A DNA stretch of 64,000 nt from a virus, in the IMG/VR virus record IMGVR_UViG_3300021602_000006, positions 6,490 to 70,489 of that record; one strand, 5' to 3'. Made by a program: the position numbers and the translations under genes. A model generated the notes under the pieces. The model was given only the letters and a program-made list of their open reading frames with translations. It searched no databases and was not told where the DNA came from. Of this stretch, positions 1-9,500 are shown piece after piece; position 1 is the stretch's first letter, and the number at the start of each line of letters is the position of its first letter.

Positions 1-1
1 C

Positions 2-916
2 ACTATCGCAACAGGCAGCGGAAAGATTGAAACAGGTACGAATTACGAGCAAGCATTTGTTTCTGCTGAAACAGATGATGATGCTATGGAGCGTATCAGC
101 GAAACATTCGCAATGCTCGATAAGATCACAGATGCTTGCGCCCAGGGTGTAGTGCGTGGCCTTGTTGTGTCAGGTCCTCCGGGTATTGGCAAGTCTTACG
201 GTGTCGAAGAGCAGCTGAAGAAGGCAAATATGTTTCGTAAAATTGCAGGGCAAGATCCGAAATATGAAGTTGTCAGCGGCGGCGTTTCGAGCATCGGCTT
301 GTACCAGAAGCTTTATTACAATCGCAGCCCGGAACAAGTGCTCGTGTTTGATGATTGTGACGGAATTATGCAAGAGGAAGAGTGTTTGAACTTGCTAAAG
401 GCATCACTGAATAGTGGAGATAAACGGCGTATCTGCTGGAATAAAGAAAGTCGTGTACTCGGCGATGGCGAAATTCCTAATGCGTTTGACTTTGAGGGTA
501 GTATTGTTTTTATTACAAATATCGACTTTGAAAAGACAATTGCACGTGGCTCGCGTATCGGATCACACCTGGGTGCTATTATGTCACGATGTCACTACTT
601 GGACTTGGAGATTGGGTCGATGCGCGATAAATTGCTTCGCATAAAACAGGTATGCAAGGGTGGTATGCTTTCATCATATCACTTTTCTCAAACAGAAGAA
701 GAAGATATTCTGAAATTTGTTGTAGATAACTCCGAATATATGCGAGAAGTGAGTCTTCGTGCAGTCAAGAAGATTGCCGATTTTGTAAAGATGGATTCTG
801 CAGGATGGTTAGAACCGACAGAGGCGACATTACTTATTCGCGAAGCAAAATTCAAGCGACTGTTGCTGAAGAAACAAGAAGCCGCTAAACAAGGCTTGGT
901 ATTGGCAGATGTTTAA
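2..916 (+). CDS. AAA+/P-loop ATPase (5' end lies upstream of the window)
   Basis: Walker A GPPGIGKS, Walker B VLVFDDCD, Arg-finger-like AIMSRC; frame open from position 2. Confidence 0.85.
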   Translation, partial: TIATGSGKIETGTNYEQAFVSAETDDDAMERISETFAMLDKITDACAQGVVRGLVVSGPPGIGKSYGVEEQLKKANMFRKIAGQDPKYEVVSGGVSSIGLYQKLYYNRSPEQVLVFDDCDGIMQEEECLNLLKASLNSGDKRRICWNKESRVLGDGEIPNAFDFEGSIVFITNIDFEKTIARGSRIGSHLGAIMSRCHYLDLEIGSMRDKLLRIKQVCKGGMLSSYHFSQTEEEDILKFVVDNSEYMREVSLRAVKKIADFVKMDSAGWLEPTEATLLIREAKFKRLLLKKQEAAKQGLVLADV

Positions 917-1593
917 TTACTGTCAAATGCATTAGGGCCTTTCGGGGCCTTTTTACATTTGTCTCCATGGTAACGAGTATGATTGCTAGTTGTGATATAG
1001 GCAGAACAATGAGTGCAGGTTAAACGTGGCTTCTGTTTTGCAGCTATAGACATATTTAATTTTGCTTGCTCGGTTTTCGGTCCTCTTTGTTTCTTCCGAG
1101 TCTCTTCAGATACTTTTACCCCCAATCTTGTTCCGGGATGAGTTTTGAAGTGTTCTATATTTGCTTTACTTAGTTTTTCGCGTGTTTCTGGTGTGTGAGT
1201 TATTCCTTTGTTCCACGCAGGCTTGCCATATGAATTTGAATTCGCTCCGGATTGCGCCTCGGCTAATTGCTTTCGAATTATCTCATACTCACGTGAAGAT
1301 ATTTGGTGCCTGTCTTGATTTTGATTATTGGCTTTGGCAAGCATATTCAATGCGAATATCATACTTTTTTTGTGTTTCGTATCCAACACCATCCGAACCA
1401 ACAGCTTATGACAGATGAAATGGACCCTACCCGGTATTCTTACAATGTTTATTTTAGCATTGGTACCGCCTAATGATTTTGGTAGTATATGATGATTCTC
1501 CGAATATGTTTCGTTGCTGTATTCTTTTGATACAAGTGAGAGATACCATTTTAGGTATTTGGTATTCTTCGATATTGATTCTATGTTGTTCAT
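913..1593 (-). CDS. HNH homing endonuclease with NUMOD3-like repeats
   Basis: ENHHILPKSLGG..N..HFICHKLL; KGITHTPETREKLS; C-terminal CxxC; GATAAATA late-type motif upstream. Confidence 0.85.
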   Translation of the reverse strand: MNNIESISKNTKYLKWYLSLVSKEYSNETYSENHHILPKSLGGTNAKINIVRIPGRVHFICHKLLVRMVLDTKHKKSMIFALNMLAKANNQNQDRHQISSREYEIIRKQLAEAQSGANSNSYGKPAWNKGITHTPETREKLSKANIEHFKTHPGTRLGVKVSEETRKKQRGPKTEQAKLNMSIAAKQKPRLTCTHCSAYITTSNHTRYHGDKCKKAPKGPNAFDSN

Positions 1594-1811
1594 ATAGTTA
1601 TTTATCAAATAACATAGGGTCTCGGGTAAAATATTGTTGACATAGCCACTATCTTCCTATATAATGCACACATAGCAACAAGGATCAGAATAAGAATACT
1701 AAACATAGGGAATCATAGAAACTCCCTTTTTATTATAAAGTGCGAAGCGGTAGGAATCCTGACAAGCACGGATTTATACAACCAACGGAGGATGTGTATT
1801 ACAATCCAACT

Positions 1812-1842
1812 AAGCGGCAATTAGAAATGGTTGCCGCTTTTT
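1812..1842 (+). terminator. Intrinsic terminator
   Basis: AAGCGGCAA..TTGCCGCTT hairpin followed by T tract. Confidence 0.75.
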
Positions 1843-1899
1843 CTTGACATTCGTTAGCGAGGCTGCTATAATTAGAACACTTAATAAGGAGTCCATAAC

Positions 1900-2145
1900 A
1901 TGGCATTTACAAAATTAGTCTCGACACAGAAAACATTCTTGGAACAACACTTGCGAGGCACAGGCCGCGCTATGTCGTCTGCCCAAGCTCGTGAAACATA
2001 TGGTATCTTGAATCTCCGCGCTCGCATCTGCGAAATGCGTGCTGCAGGTTTGAAGGTCACCAACACTCGTAACACTGTTGGCAATACTGCTTACACAGTT
2101 AGCCGTAGAGACCAAGCCGGTGTTCAAGGTAAGATTTACGCTTAA
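1900..2145 (+). CDS. Small winged-helix/HTH DNA-binding protein
   Basis: SSAQARETYGILNLRARICEMRAAG; own promoter and AGGAG RBS. Confidence 0.65.
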   Translation: MAFTKLVSTQKTFLEQHLRGTGRAMSSAQARETYGILNLRARICEMRAAGLKVTNTRNTVGNTAYTVSRRDQAGVQGKIYA

Positions 2146-2166
2146 CCTACCAACCGTGTAAAGAAC

Positions 2167-2192
2167 AGCCTACCAAAGGTAGGCTTTCTTTT
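2167..2192 (+). terminator. Intrinsic terminator
   Basis: AGCCTACC-AAA-GGTAGGCT + TTCTTTT. Confidence 0.8.
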
Positions 2193-2308
2193 TGGCTAAA
2201 TTCTTATCAAATCCTATTGACCATAGACTCATCCTATCATATAATAACGACATGGACAGCAAAAACAGTCCAGAAAAGAATTGTTTACTTATCAGCAGAA
2301 AGGTTTAT

Positions 2309-2731
2309 ATGACACAAGGAATTCGTGATTTTACAAATGCCAACTTCAGCAAGTATTTGGCAGAACGTGCTGAGTTGGGCGACACTGGTTTCCGTCGTCG
2401 CGTGATGGAAGAAACTGTGATGAACTTCGGCATTAGCATTGCTTCTGCTGCAACGCATTACAACCACAGCCTGAAGGCAGCTCGCTTGGCTAATCCCAAG
2501 TCGGTTGAAGGCTTGGGTCGTCCGGAAGGCAAGAAAGGTGGCCGCAAACCTTTGGTTACAGTGGACGTCATCAAAGTGAAGACGGGTGAAGTGGTTATCA
2601 GCGGCATTTCCAAAGGCGCGGCCAACTTGCTGATTACCACTGCCGTTGCCAAGCACAAAGCAAAGCTGGCAATCAAGACCCCCGAAGCTGCTACGGCAGT
2701 CGAGGTGGCCACCGAAGCTGCGACAGCTTAA
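2309..2731 (+). CDS. Hypothetical protein, AAT(H/Y)YN-GLGR paralogue family
   Basis: ATG at 2309 after AAGG; similar to 20194-20727 and 4810-5292. Confidence 0.75.
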   Translation: MTQGIRDFTNANFSKYLAERAELGDTGFRRRVMEETVMNFGISIASAATHYNHSLKAARLANPKSVEGLGRPEGKKGGRKPLVTVDVIKVKTGEVVISGISKGAANLLITTAVAKHKAKLAIKTPEAATAVEVATEAATA

Positions 2732-2762
2732 TCCAAACGGTGAAACAAGGCTCGTGGGAGCC

Positions 2763-2868
2763 TTGTTTGGTTAGTGCCTCTAGACTGAAGTCGGGCGAGT
2801 TCCGTATACGGGTCGATGCTATCCATCCGGAGGGTGCAGGCAGGCAGATAAGAGCACTAACTAAACAA
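2763..2868 (+). ncRNA. Candidate structured RNA
   Basis: 15-bp closing stem TTGTTTGGTTAGTGC / GCACTAACTAAACAA around a GC-rich non-coding core. Confidence 0.4.
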
Positions 2869-2909
2869 ATAGGTTGACTTCATCCATTAGCTCAGTATAT
2901 AATACACAC

Positions 2910-3281
2910 ATGGACAAACACTTTACAATTACCTTCCCGAAAGAGTATCTGTCTATCGGGCATTATGATAGCGATATCGGTAAGGTCCCGGTTATCAGGA
3001 CGATCCGGCAATTGTCTGGGTGTGGTCTCAAGGAAGCTAAAGATATTTCCGAAATCACAAGCCCGCAGACAATTGGGTTGATCGGTATATTGAACGATGA
3101 TGCTGTCTTTACTGCCTTCAAGATGTTGGAGCGTAATGGCTGCAAAATTACATCTCCCGTTTATAGCATACTTGCCGAGCTCCGTGTTCTTGCCACTCAA
3201 GCTATGAAGCAGGGCGAGGATGAGTTGGCAAGCGAAATCTTGCAGTTGATTACTGCAGAGAAGCTGCGTCGGAAACAATAA
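2910..3281 (+). CDS. Protein with ribosomal L7/L12 C-terminal-like domain
   Basis: KVPVIRTIRQLSGCGLKEAKDISE matches the bL12 CTD motif; ATG begins 7 nt after the -10 box (leaderless). Confidence 0.7.
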   Translation: MDKHFTITFPKEYLSIGHYDSDIGKVPVIRTIRQLSGCGLKEAKDISEITSPQTIGLIGILNDDAVFTAFKMLERNGCKITSPVYSILAELRVLATQAMKQGEDELASEILQLITAEKLRRKQ

Positions 3282-3298
3282 CCTAAAAGGTGAATAAC

Positions 3299-3466
3299 TT
3301 GCCAGAATCTAATATTCGTGAAGTTACCGATCGTGTTTCGTATTGGAAAGATACGGGTCACTATTTCTTTTACTGGTGTGGTGACGAATTCCTCCTCAAG
3401 GCAACCAACGATGAAGATGCTATCAAAGAATCTTATCGCCTCCAATTTGATTTAGAATCTTGTTAA
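3299..3466 (+). CDS. Hypothetical protein (55 aa)
   Basis: TTG start after AAGGTG, fills the gap between genes. Confidence 0.5.
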   Translation: MPESNIREVTDRVSYWKDTGHYFFYWCGDEFLLKATNDEDAIKESYRLQFDLESC

Positions 3467-3478
3467 AGAAAGCACACT

Positions 3479-3874
3479 ATGAAAATTGATTGCAACCACC
3501 ATGTCGCTTCGTTCTCCCGTGAAGATATTGGTGAGGAAGAACGCTATTTGGTAGATGATACGCCGCTTGGATTGGTGGGTACTTATTCGTTTATGTATCG
3601 TTACCCACTTTCAGTCGAAGTCGGTATCCCCCACCCTCTTATCAGGCTGACAAGCGCAATCGATATCTTGCTCCTGGCAAAGAAGGATTACGAGGATATC
3701 TATGCTGCTGAAGATGCAGCCGTTGGCGAAACACCCAACATTCCGGGTATGCTCAATCGTGACTCGTCCGAAGGTCCCTACGGTATTTGGGGTCACTGCT
3801 TGAGCGATCTTTACTTCGAGCAAATCGAAATCGATACCGTAAAGAAGATCATCAAGTTCTGTATTGGCAGCTAA
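3479..3874 (+). CDS. Hypothetical protein
   Basis: ORF track; PYGIWGH..DLYFE motif. Confidence 0.75.
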   Translation: MKIDCNHHVASFSREDIGEEERYLVDDTPLGLVGTYSFMYRYPLSVEVGIPHPLIRLTSAIDILLLAKKDYEDIYAAEDAAVGETPNIPGMLNRDSSEGPYGIWGHCLSDLYFEQIEIDTVKKIIKFCIGS

Positions 3875-3944
3875 TTATCAAATAGTCATTGACAGGTAGG
3901 GAATTTTCCCTTATAATACACACATCGCAACAAAGGAGTCAATC

Positions 3945-4415
3945 ATGGGTTTGGATATGTATCTGAGTGGTAAGCGTTATCTGTGGAGTTCGGGTGACCA
4001 TCCGGACAAGAAGATTGCTACTGATGTGTCAGCAATGTTCCCGGAACTGACGCCACACATCGAATTTGGCACACCGGGTCCTCGTGTGAATGAAATTAGC
4101 GCACGGGCAATCTATTGGCGCAAGGCTAATGCCATTCATGCATGGTTTGTGAAAAACGTTCAAGACGGAACAGATGATTGCCGTAATTATTATGCCGACC
4201 GCGATTTGCTAATTGAACTTCGCGATCTGTGCAAAGAAGTGCTGGCTGATCACAGCAAGGCAGAAGAACTACTTCCATCGCAATCGGGCTTCTTCTTCGG
4301 AGGTACGGAGTTTGACGAATACTACTTCGGTGATCTGGAACGTACTGCCAAGGAAATCGACGAGTGTCTTGCATGGCCCGATGACTGGAACTTCGAATAT
4401 CACTCGAGCTGGTAA
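3945..4415 (+). CDS. Phage hypothetical protein (MGLDMY...YWRKANAIHAWF family)
   Basis: Cassette promoter 3889 + GGAG RBS; recognisable widespread phage motif. Confidence 0.85.
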   Translation: MGLDMYLSGKRYLWSSGDHPDKKIATDVSAMFPELTPHIEFGTPGPRVNEISARAIYWRKANAIHAWFVKNVQDGTDDCRNYYADRDLLIELRDLCKEVLADHSKAEELLPSQSGFFFGGTEFDEYYFGDLERTAKEIDECLAWPDDWNFEYHSSW

Positions 4416-4479
4416 AACAATTGACAGGGAGGCAACTCCTTGCTATACTACACTCATCACAACACACAAAGGATAGAGA

Positions 4480-4749
4480 ATGAAGAAACTGCTTACCACA
4501 CTCCAGGTCCGCAAAATCATGCGTAAGCATGGCGGCTACCCTGCTTACACGAACAAGACGACGGGCTATGAAGGCCCTAACCGCCGCGTGAAGGCTTATT
4601 ACAACGGCAACAAGAAGATGCTGAAGGCATTGCAGAAGAAGTGTGGCAAGAAGAATGTCACGCTGACGGACGGTGGCTCGAGTTACCCGTCGGGATTCGG
4701 CTATAGTGCCGGCCTGCCGGGTGTCACTGTTCGCTGCGTACTGGCATAG
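4480..4749 (+). CDS. Basic hypothetical protein
   Basis: Cassette promoter 4421; TLQVR motif shared with 18172. Confidence 0.8.
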   Translation: MKKLLTTLQVRKIMRKHGGYPAYTNKTTGYEGPNRRVKAYYNGNKKMLKALQKKCGKKNVTLTDGGSSYPSGFGYSAGLPGVTVRCVLA

Positions 4750-4809
4750 AGTGGTAGACAGGATGGTAACATCCTGTTATAATACACTCATCGCAACAAA
4801 GGAACTGAC

Positions 4810-5292
4810 ATGACTCCAAAAGAAAAAGCAACACGAATTTATGAGCAGCATATTGCTCTTGCTGGCACTGACGGCCGTCTGTTCCGTCGCACTGTGCGCG
4901 AGCAAATCATGGCTGAGATCGGGTGTACAGGGGCCGCTGCCAGCACCTACTATAACAACTGCAAAAAGGCACACGATCCGATTGATGGGCTTGGGCGAGC
5001 ACCAGTACCAAAAGGTGTGCGTAAACCTGGCAAACCCGGTGCCAAAGAACAGCTTCAAGACGACAATGAATGCTTCACAGTGATTGAACTTGTGGACGAT
5101 AAGGTTGCACGGTGCTACCCGTTCCTCATGCAAGGTGATGCAAGCGAAGATTTCGATTCCAAGATAGAAACTTGGGCTAACAAAGAATGGGTGATGATCC
5201 AAGGACTTGGTCCGAATTCAGGTGACGAGTTCAAACTCGAAACAGGCGAAAAGATTATCAAGCGTTACAAGAAAGAAGAAGTAACTGCTTGA
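4810..5292 (+). CDS. Hypothetical protein, AASTYYN-GLGR paralogue family
   Basis: Cassette promoter 4755 + RBS. Confidence 0.8.
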   Translation: MTPKEKATRIYEQHIALAGTDGRLFRRTVREQIMAEIGCTGAAASTYYNNCKKAHDPIDGLGRAPVPKGVRKPGKPGAKEQLQDDNECFTVIELVDDKVARCYPFLMQGDASEDFDSKIETWANKEWVMIQGLGPNSGDEFKLETGEKIIKRYKKEEVTA

Positions 5293-5374
5293 CAGGCTGG
5301 CATCTTGCTGCTATAATTAGTCATTGGTTAGGGAGATTCCAATTCTAATCTCCCAGTGTTAGAAGGTTAGTAAA

Positions 5375-5623
5375 ATGGAAAGTCGGGCATTTATACGTTA
5401 TGCGGCTGGGTTGGTCGAAGTGATTGAGGAAACTCATGATACTATCGGTACTGCGGTGGAATTGCGTGAGCAACGCGATGAAGTGCAGAAGGACATCAAT
5501 CAGCTCTTCGCTGGTTTGAATAACCCTACGCTGCCATCAGCGTTCAAGCTGCGTGATGCAGCTCTGCGTAACGGGTTCCAAGTGAATCCGAAAGTACTCA
5601 ACGACCTGTCTCGTTTCGAGTAA
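5375..5623 (+). CDS. Hypothetical protein
   Basis: Promoter 5289; leader hairpin GGGAGATT..AATCTCCC. Confidence 0.7.
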   Translation: MESRAFIRYAAGLVEVIEETHDTIGTAVELREQRDEVQKDINQLFAGLNNPTLPSAFKLRDAALRNGFQVNPKVLNDLSRFE

Positions 5624-5678
5624 TTGATTTCCTGCACCTGGCAACGGGTGTGGGATTTCTTTTTTGGAGCAAACAATC

Positions 5679-6173
5679 ATGTCTATCATAGAGAAGCTCA
5701 ATAAGCTAGGTGAAGTTGTTTCTGACCTGTACCCTAATATCAATAACGGCGGGTGTTGTGTATTCGCTGCAATGGTCGTGAATGAATTGCAGAAGCAAGG
5801 AATTAAGGCTTCGGGCATTGTAATAGATTCTGGTGCCAGGTCTTCCATACATATCGATGAAGTTCGTCCTTTGATAAAGACTAATACCGTAAACGAATGG
5901 CAGAGCAACGGTGTCTTTTTCTGGCACGTGGCTGTCGAATTTACGATAGGCAATAAGAAACATCACTATGATACAGGTGGTGTCAAAAAGGCTACGAATG
6001 CCTTCGGCGATATTCCTGTCTACAAAGGACGTATGAAGTTGGAAGAATTGAAAGATATATCGGCGCGTCAGCCAGGATGGAATCCGGCATTTCGCCGGAA
6101 AGATATTCCTGCAATTCGTAAACTTGTCAAATTTTATTTAAAGGTTGACAAGACTCCTGTTCTTGCCGTATAA
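5679..6173 (+). CDS. Putative papain/transglutaminase-like Cys-His-Asp protein
   Basis: NGGCCVFA ... WHVAV ... YD; GGAG RBS. Confidence 0.5.
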   Translation: MSIIEKLNKLGEVVSDLYPNINNGGCCVFAAMVVNELQKQGIKASGIVIDSGARSSIHIDEVRPLIKTNTVNEWQSNGVFFWHVAVEFTIGNKKHHYDTGGVKKATNAFGDIPVYKGRMKLEELKDISARQPGWNPAFRRKDIPAIRKLVKFYLKVDKTPVLAV

Positions 6174-6198
6174 TATACACATATAACAGGAACACAAA

Positions 6199-6369
6199 AT
6201 GACTGACGAACAATATGAAACACTTGGTAAATCTATCGTACATTTTCTCGGCCTGAAACCAAACAAGATAACCGGCCGGTACGATACTGAGTGGGGTGAT
6301 AAAACACTTGTTGGAATTGGTCGGTGTGTGGAGCGATGCGTCAACGATGTCGCTTCTGTGGTAATTTAA
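6199..6369 (+). CDS. Hypothetical protein (56 aa)
   Basis: Cassette promoter 6145 + AGGA RBS; below the ORF-track cutoff. Confidence 0.75.
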   Translation: MTDEQYETLGKSIVHFLGLKPNKITGRYDTEWGDKTLVGIGRCVERCVNDVASVVI

Positions 6370-6378
6370 GGAAATCAA

Positions 6379-6585
6379 ATGACCAAAGGCTCGCCGCTAA
6401 GGATTGATATGCGTAGAACTAATAGTGAATGGGGATTCTGGTCCAACGTGATATTTGGCTGGGCCATTTTGCTTGATGCTGTTATTAGTATAGGCACACT
6501 CGGTTTCTATTCCGGCGGTAATCAACTGGATTATGCTCGTTGGCGTACCAAGCGAATGTTTCAAAAGAGAAAGAAGGCATTGTGA
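6379..6585 (+). CDS. Small membrane protein
   Basis: Hydrophobic stretch; AAGGA RBS. Confidence 0.65.
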   Translation: MTKGSPLRIDMRRTNSEWGFWSNVIFGWAILLDAVISIGTLGFYSGGNQLDYARWRTKRMFQKRKKAL

Positions 6586-6845
6586 TGTTTAATACCCGCG
6601 TAGTCGAAACAGTTCACGAATGCACTGAGGGTGACTGGACATACCGTTTCTTTCAAATCGAAAAAGGTGTGTATGTCAAGAGGACACCGTCTAAAGACCC
6701 GCTGTGGTCTCACGGTGTTATAACACAAACCTTTGATTCGGAACAGAAAAAGTTTCTTTCACAGTGCATGGGAGGTTGGGCAGAATATTTCGAATCAGTG
6801 TCCGAAGCTAAACGCGCAATTCAAAAAGTATTGACGGGTATCTAA
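6585..6845 (+). CDS. Hypothetical protein
   Basis: TGATG coupling to upstream gene. Confidence 0.7.
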   Translation: MFNTRVVETVHECTEGDWTYRFFQIEKGVYVKRTPSKDPLWSHGVITQTFDSEQKKFLSQCMGGWAEYFESVSEAKRAIQKVLTGI

Positions 6846-6882
6846 TTTCCTGTTATAATAAACACATCGCAACAAGGAGTAG

Positions 6883-7191
6883 ATGATGGCAATAGATCGC
6901 AACCGCAAGATGATTAGTACTGAAAAAGAGAGTGCTGATCTCGATACATCTTTGGCCTCCGCACTAAACCGAATTCAGTATCTGATCGAAAAGTATGGGC
7001 CCGATGCTACGTTGCAGAACGAATGCGATATGTACGACGAGAGCGAATATCGTTCTTTACGGGTTTATGTTAAAGAACCCGAAAGCGATGCACAAATGAA
7101 AAGTCGTATCATATACGAAGAGAAATATGCAATTGCTTGTGAAGCGAATGATCGCCTTCAATATGAACGCTTGCAAAAGAAATTTGGTTGA
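6883..7191 (+). CDS. Hypothetical protein
   Basis: Cassette promoter 6831 + GGAG. Confidence 0.8.
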   Translation: MMAIDRNRKMISTEKESADLDTSLASALNRIQYLIEKYGPDATLQNECDMYDESEYRSLRVYVKEPESDAQMKSRIIYEEKYAIACEANDRLQYERLQKKFG

Positions 7192-7246
7192 CTGGTAGCC
7201 CTTTTTGCGCTATAATACACTCATCGCAACACAGCAGGAGCAGAAA

Positions 7247-7711
7247 TTGGTTACTAAAGAGTCTATCATCAACCTTCTCCAGACGAATGACCAAGCGGTT
7301 GCTCGTGCCCTTGTAGTGCTTACAGCACGTCAAACAGCCGATGAGCAGGTAAGCGAGCAGACCAAATACTTAAACGGGCAAGGCTATCGTCCGTGTCATG
7401 CGCGTATGGGTGCATCAATGTCCAAGTTCTTTGAACGGAACAAATTTCTTACACCGAAACAAGTGGCCTACTGGCGCATGAAAGACAAGTCCGGAGCAAT
7501 GCGTATCGGTATCTATGCAGGTCAGCTGTTGGAAGTTGCACAAGAAAAGACTGCACAGAAGAATAAGGTAGAGACAGACGAACGGGCTCGCTTGGAATAT
7601 AATCTGGGTATGGTTATCGATAGCGATGATCCTGCTATTGTAGCACCTGCCAAAGATGCGCTGGATGACTTTATTGCAAAGCTTCAGGCAAAAAAATCAA
7701 ATAAATCTTGA
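7247..7711 (+). CDS. Hypothetical protein
   Basis: Cassette promoter 7188, AGGAG, TTG start. Confidence 0.8.
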   Translation: MVTKESIINLLQTNDQAVARALVVLTARQTADEQVSEQTKYLNGQGYRPCHARMGASMSKFFERNKFLTPKQVAYWRMKDKSGAMRIGIYAGQLLEVAQEKTAQKNKVETDERARLEYNLGMVIDSDDPAIVAPAKDALDDFIAKLQAKKSNKS

Positions 7712-7763
7712 CCAGACCCAACCTCTACGCTATAATAAACACATAGCAACAAAGGAACACAAG

Positions 7764-8096
7764 ATGTCGTTCATCAAAGTAGATACACGCAAATCACGTG
7801 CCTATACCTGCGCCGTATTGGAACTGGTAGATCAGGGTGCGTTGGATCAGAAGGATTTGATAAATGATCTGCTCAGCTGGATGGATGAAGCCGATGTTAA
7901 ACAATTCTGCAACCGACATCTGAGCGAACTGTTCGAAGAGGACGAGGAAGAGTCCGACAAGAATGACGACGACGAAGAATGGGACGCAATGGAACCATGT
8001 CTTGAAGATTACGAAACAGAGCCTCTGCTTGTAGACGAACCTGAAGAATGGGGCACAATTCATATCCGTGAATGCTCGACGGGAGGAAAGAAATGA
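7764..8096 (+). CDS. Highly acidic hypothetical protein
   Basis: Cassette promoter 7708; tail EEDEEESDKNDDDEEW. Confidence 0.8.
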   Translation: MSFIKVDTRKSRAYTCAVLELVDQGALDQKDLINDLLSWMDEADVKQFCNRHLSELFEEDEEESDKNDDDEEWDAMEPCLEDYETEPLLVDEPEEWGTIHIRECSTGGKK

Positions 8097-8311
8097 AGTA
8101 CTTACTGATTGAACTCTACACCGGCAAGAGCCGCTACATCAACACATCCTCACTCAAGGAGTGGGTAGGCAGGAAGAAGGGCAAGGTTGGCCCCGATGGT
8201 GTGCGTGTTTGGTTGGTGGACGATCACATCATCGTGCAGTGCCCCAAGTCGTACGATGAAGACGAGACATTCACTGAAGACGAAATCGACGACGCACACG
8301 GCTGGCGATAA
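8093..8311 (+). CDS. Hypothetical protein
   Basis: GGAGG RBS, ATGA overlap. Confidence 0.7.
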   Translation: MKYLLIELYTGKSRYINTSSLKEWVGRKKGKVGPDGVRVWLVDDHIIVQCPKSYDEDETFTEDEIDDAHGWR

Positions 8312-8343
8312 ATTAGTATTATACCACAAACAAAGGAATCAAT

Positions 8344-8517
8344 ATGGCAGGCAAAGCGACATCCGTTCATTTAACAGTTACCCCAAAAGGTAAACTTGGT
8401 AGCGTATTCTATAAGGTGTTCTTTACTGCAAAAGAATACAACGAATACGTGAAGTCTGAAGCGTTTATTGAGAAGTATCCATCTACGCTGTTCGACACCT
8501 TCAAAGAGGTGTATTGA
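8344..8517 (+). CDS. Hypothetical protein (57 aa, MAGKATSVHLTV)
   Basis: AAGGA RBS; below the ORF-track cutoff. Confidence 0.75.
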   Translation: MAGKATSVHLTVTPKGKLGSVFYKVFFTAKEYNEYVKSEAFIEKYPSTLFDTFKEVY

Positions 8518-8798
8518 TGCAAGATATGAAGAAGCTCGACAAGTTCTTAACGGTAGACGAAGCTCGCAGCCTGGCAGCGGTTGCGCGTGGGCTTCTTGGT
8601 GCATACAAGCGAGAACAGACTAAGGTTATATTGCTTTCAGTCAAAGAGGCTGCTGAGAAGGGACAGACTTCTGTCACCATTTATTCCAAAGACTGCACCG
8701 ATCAGGTTATCATCGATCGTCTCACAGGGTTAGGATATGCCTTATCAGTCTTTTCAGATCAGCGTGATGGTGATAGCTTAACTATTAATTGGGATTGA
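8517..8798 (+). CDS. Hypothetical protein
   Basis: TGATG coupling; ends LGY...INWD. Confidence 0.75.
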   Translation: MQDMKKLDKFLTVDEARSLAAVARGLLGAYKREQTKVILLSVKEAAEKGQTSVTIYSKDCTDQVIIDRLTGLGYALSVFSDQRDGDSLTINWD

Positions 8799-8848
8799 CA
8801 ACTCTCAAAAAGGTGCTATAATAAACACATAGCAACAAGGAGTAGATC

Positions 8849-8995
8849 ATGCTTGGTTGGGACGTTTATTTGTATTTCAAGTGGATTGACAAAGTGTTCT
8901 TCAATGATGCTGTCACAGCAGAACAAGTGCGGACTTCACTGATCAATCACGACGGGTATGATCCGCGTATCATCGTCAAGGCTGAAAACGAATAA
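8849..8995 (+). CDS. Hypothetical protein (48 aa, SLINHDGYDP)
   Basis: Cassette promoter 8795 + AGGAG. Confidence 0.75.
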   Translation: MLGWDVYLYFKWIDKVFFNDAVTAEQVRTSLINHDGYDPRIIVKAENE

Positions 8996-9032
8996 GGCAT
9001 ATATTGAACCCGGTATTCAGGAGGAGAAGTAA

Positions 9033-9275
9033 ATGGACGAAGTATGGACAGCACAAGTTGAAGCCAATGCGAAAGCCCTGCAAGTAAAGATGGCGAAAAA
9101 GATAGCTGACCGTCCTTCCGCTAACTGGCAAAACATAGGCGACGTTGATTGGGAAGACATGGACTTCTACGTTGAACAATGTAAGACACGCCCAAGCAAA
9201 GATAACTTTGAAACGGCAATGAAGGTATTGGAATCATTGAAAATTCAAGTGATTGATCGTAAATCTAAGGCTTGA
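9033..9275 (+). CDS. Hypothetical protein
   Basis: GGAGG RBS. Confidence 0.75.
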   Translation: MDEVWTAQVEANAKALQVKMAKKIADRPSANWQNIGDVDWEDMDFYVEQCKTRPSKDNFETAMKVLESLKIQVIDRKSKA

Positions 9276-9330
9276 CTATGTTCTGATCTGAGTATATAAT
9301 ATACACATACAAACAAACAATAGGTCAATG

Positions 9331-9492
9331 ATGCGTACATACAAAGCATTCTACAAAGGTAAAACGGTTACGGTTATCGCCGAAACCAGTTATGCAGCAC
9401 AACAAGAAGCAGCGAAGTTTTTCAAGGCCAAGAAGTCCTACGAAGTAACTGTTCTCCTTGCCGATGTTCCAGTTGATTGTGCTTCACTTTAG
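9331..9492 (+). CDS. Hypothetical protein (53 aa, YKAFYKGK..AETSYAAQ)
   Basis: Cassette promoter 9272. Confidence 0.7.
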   Translation: MRTYKAFYKGKTVTVIAETSYAAQQEAAKFFKAKKSYEVTVLLADVPVDCASL

Positions 9493-9500
9493 GAGTTATT

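Noticed and set aside
2780-2850. Hammerhead ribozyme
   Set aside because: CTGAAG is present but the CUGANGA...GAAA core is not complete.
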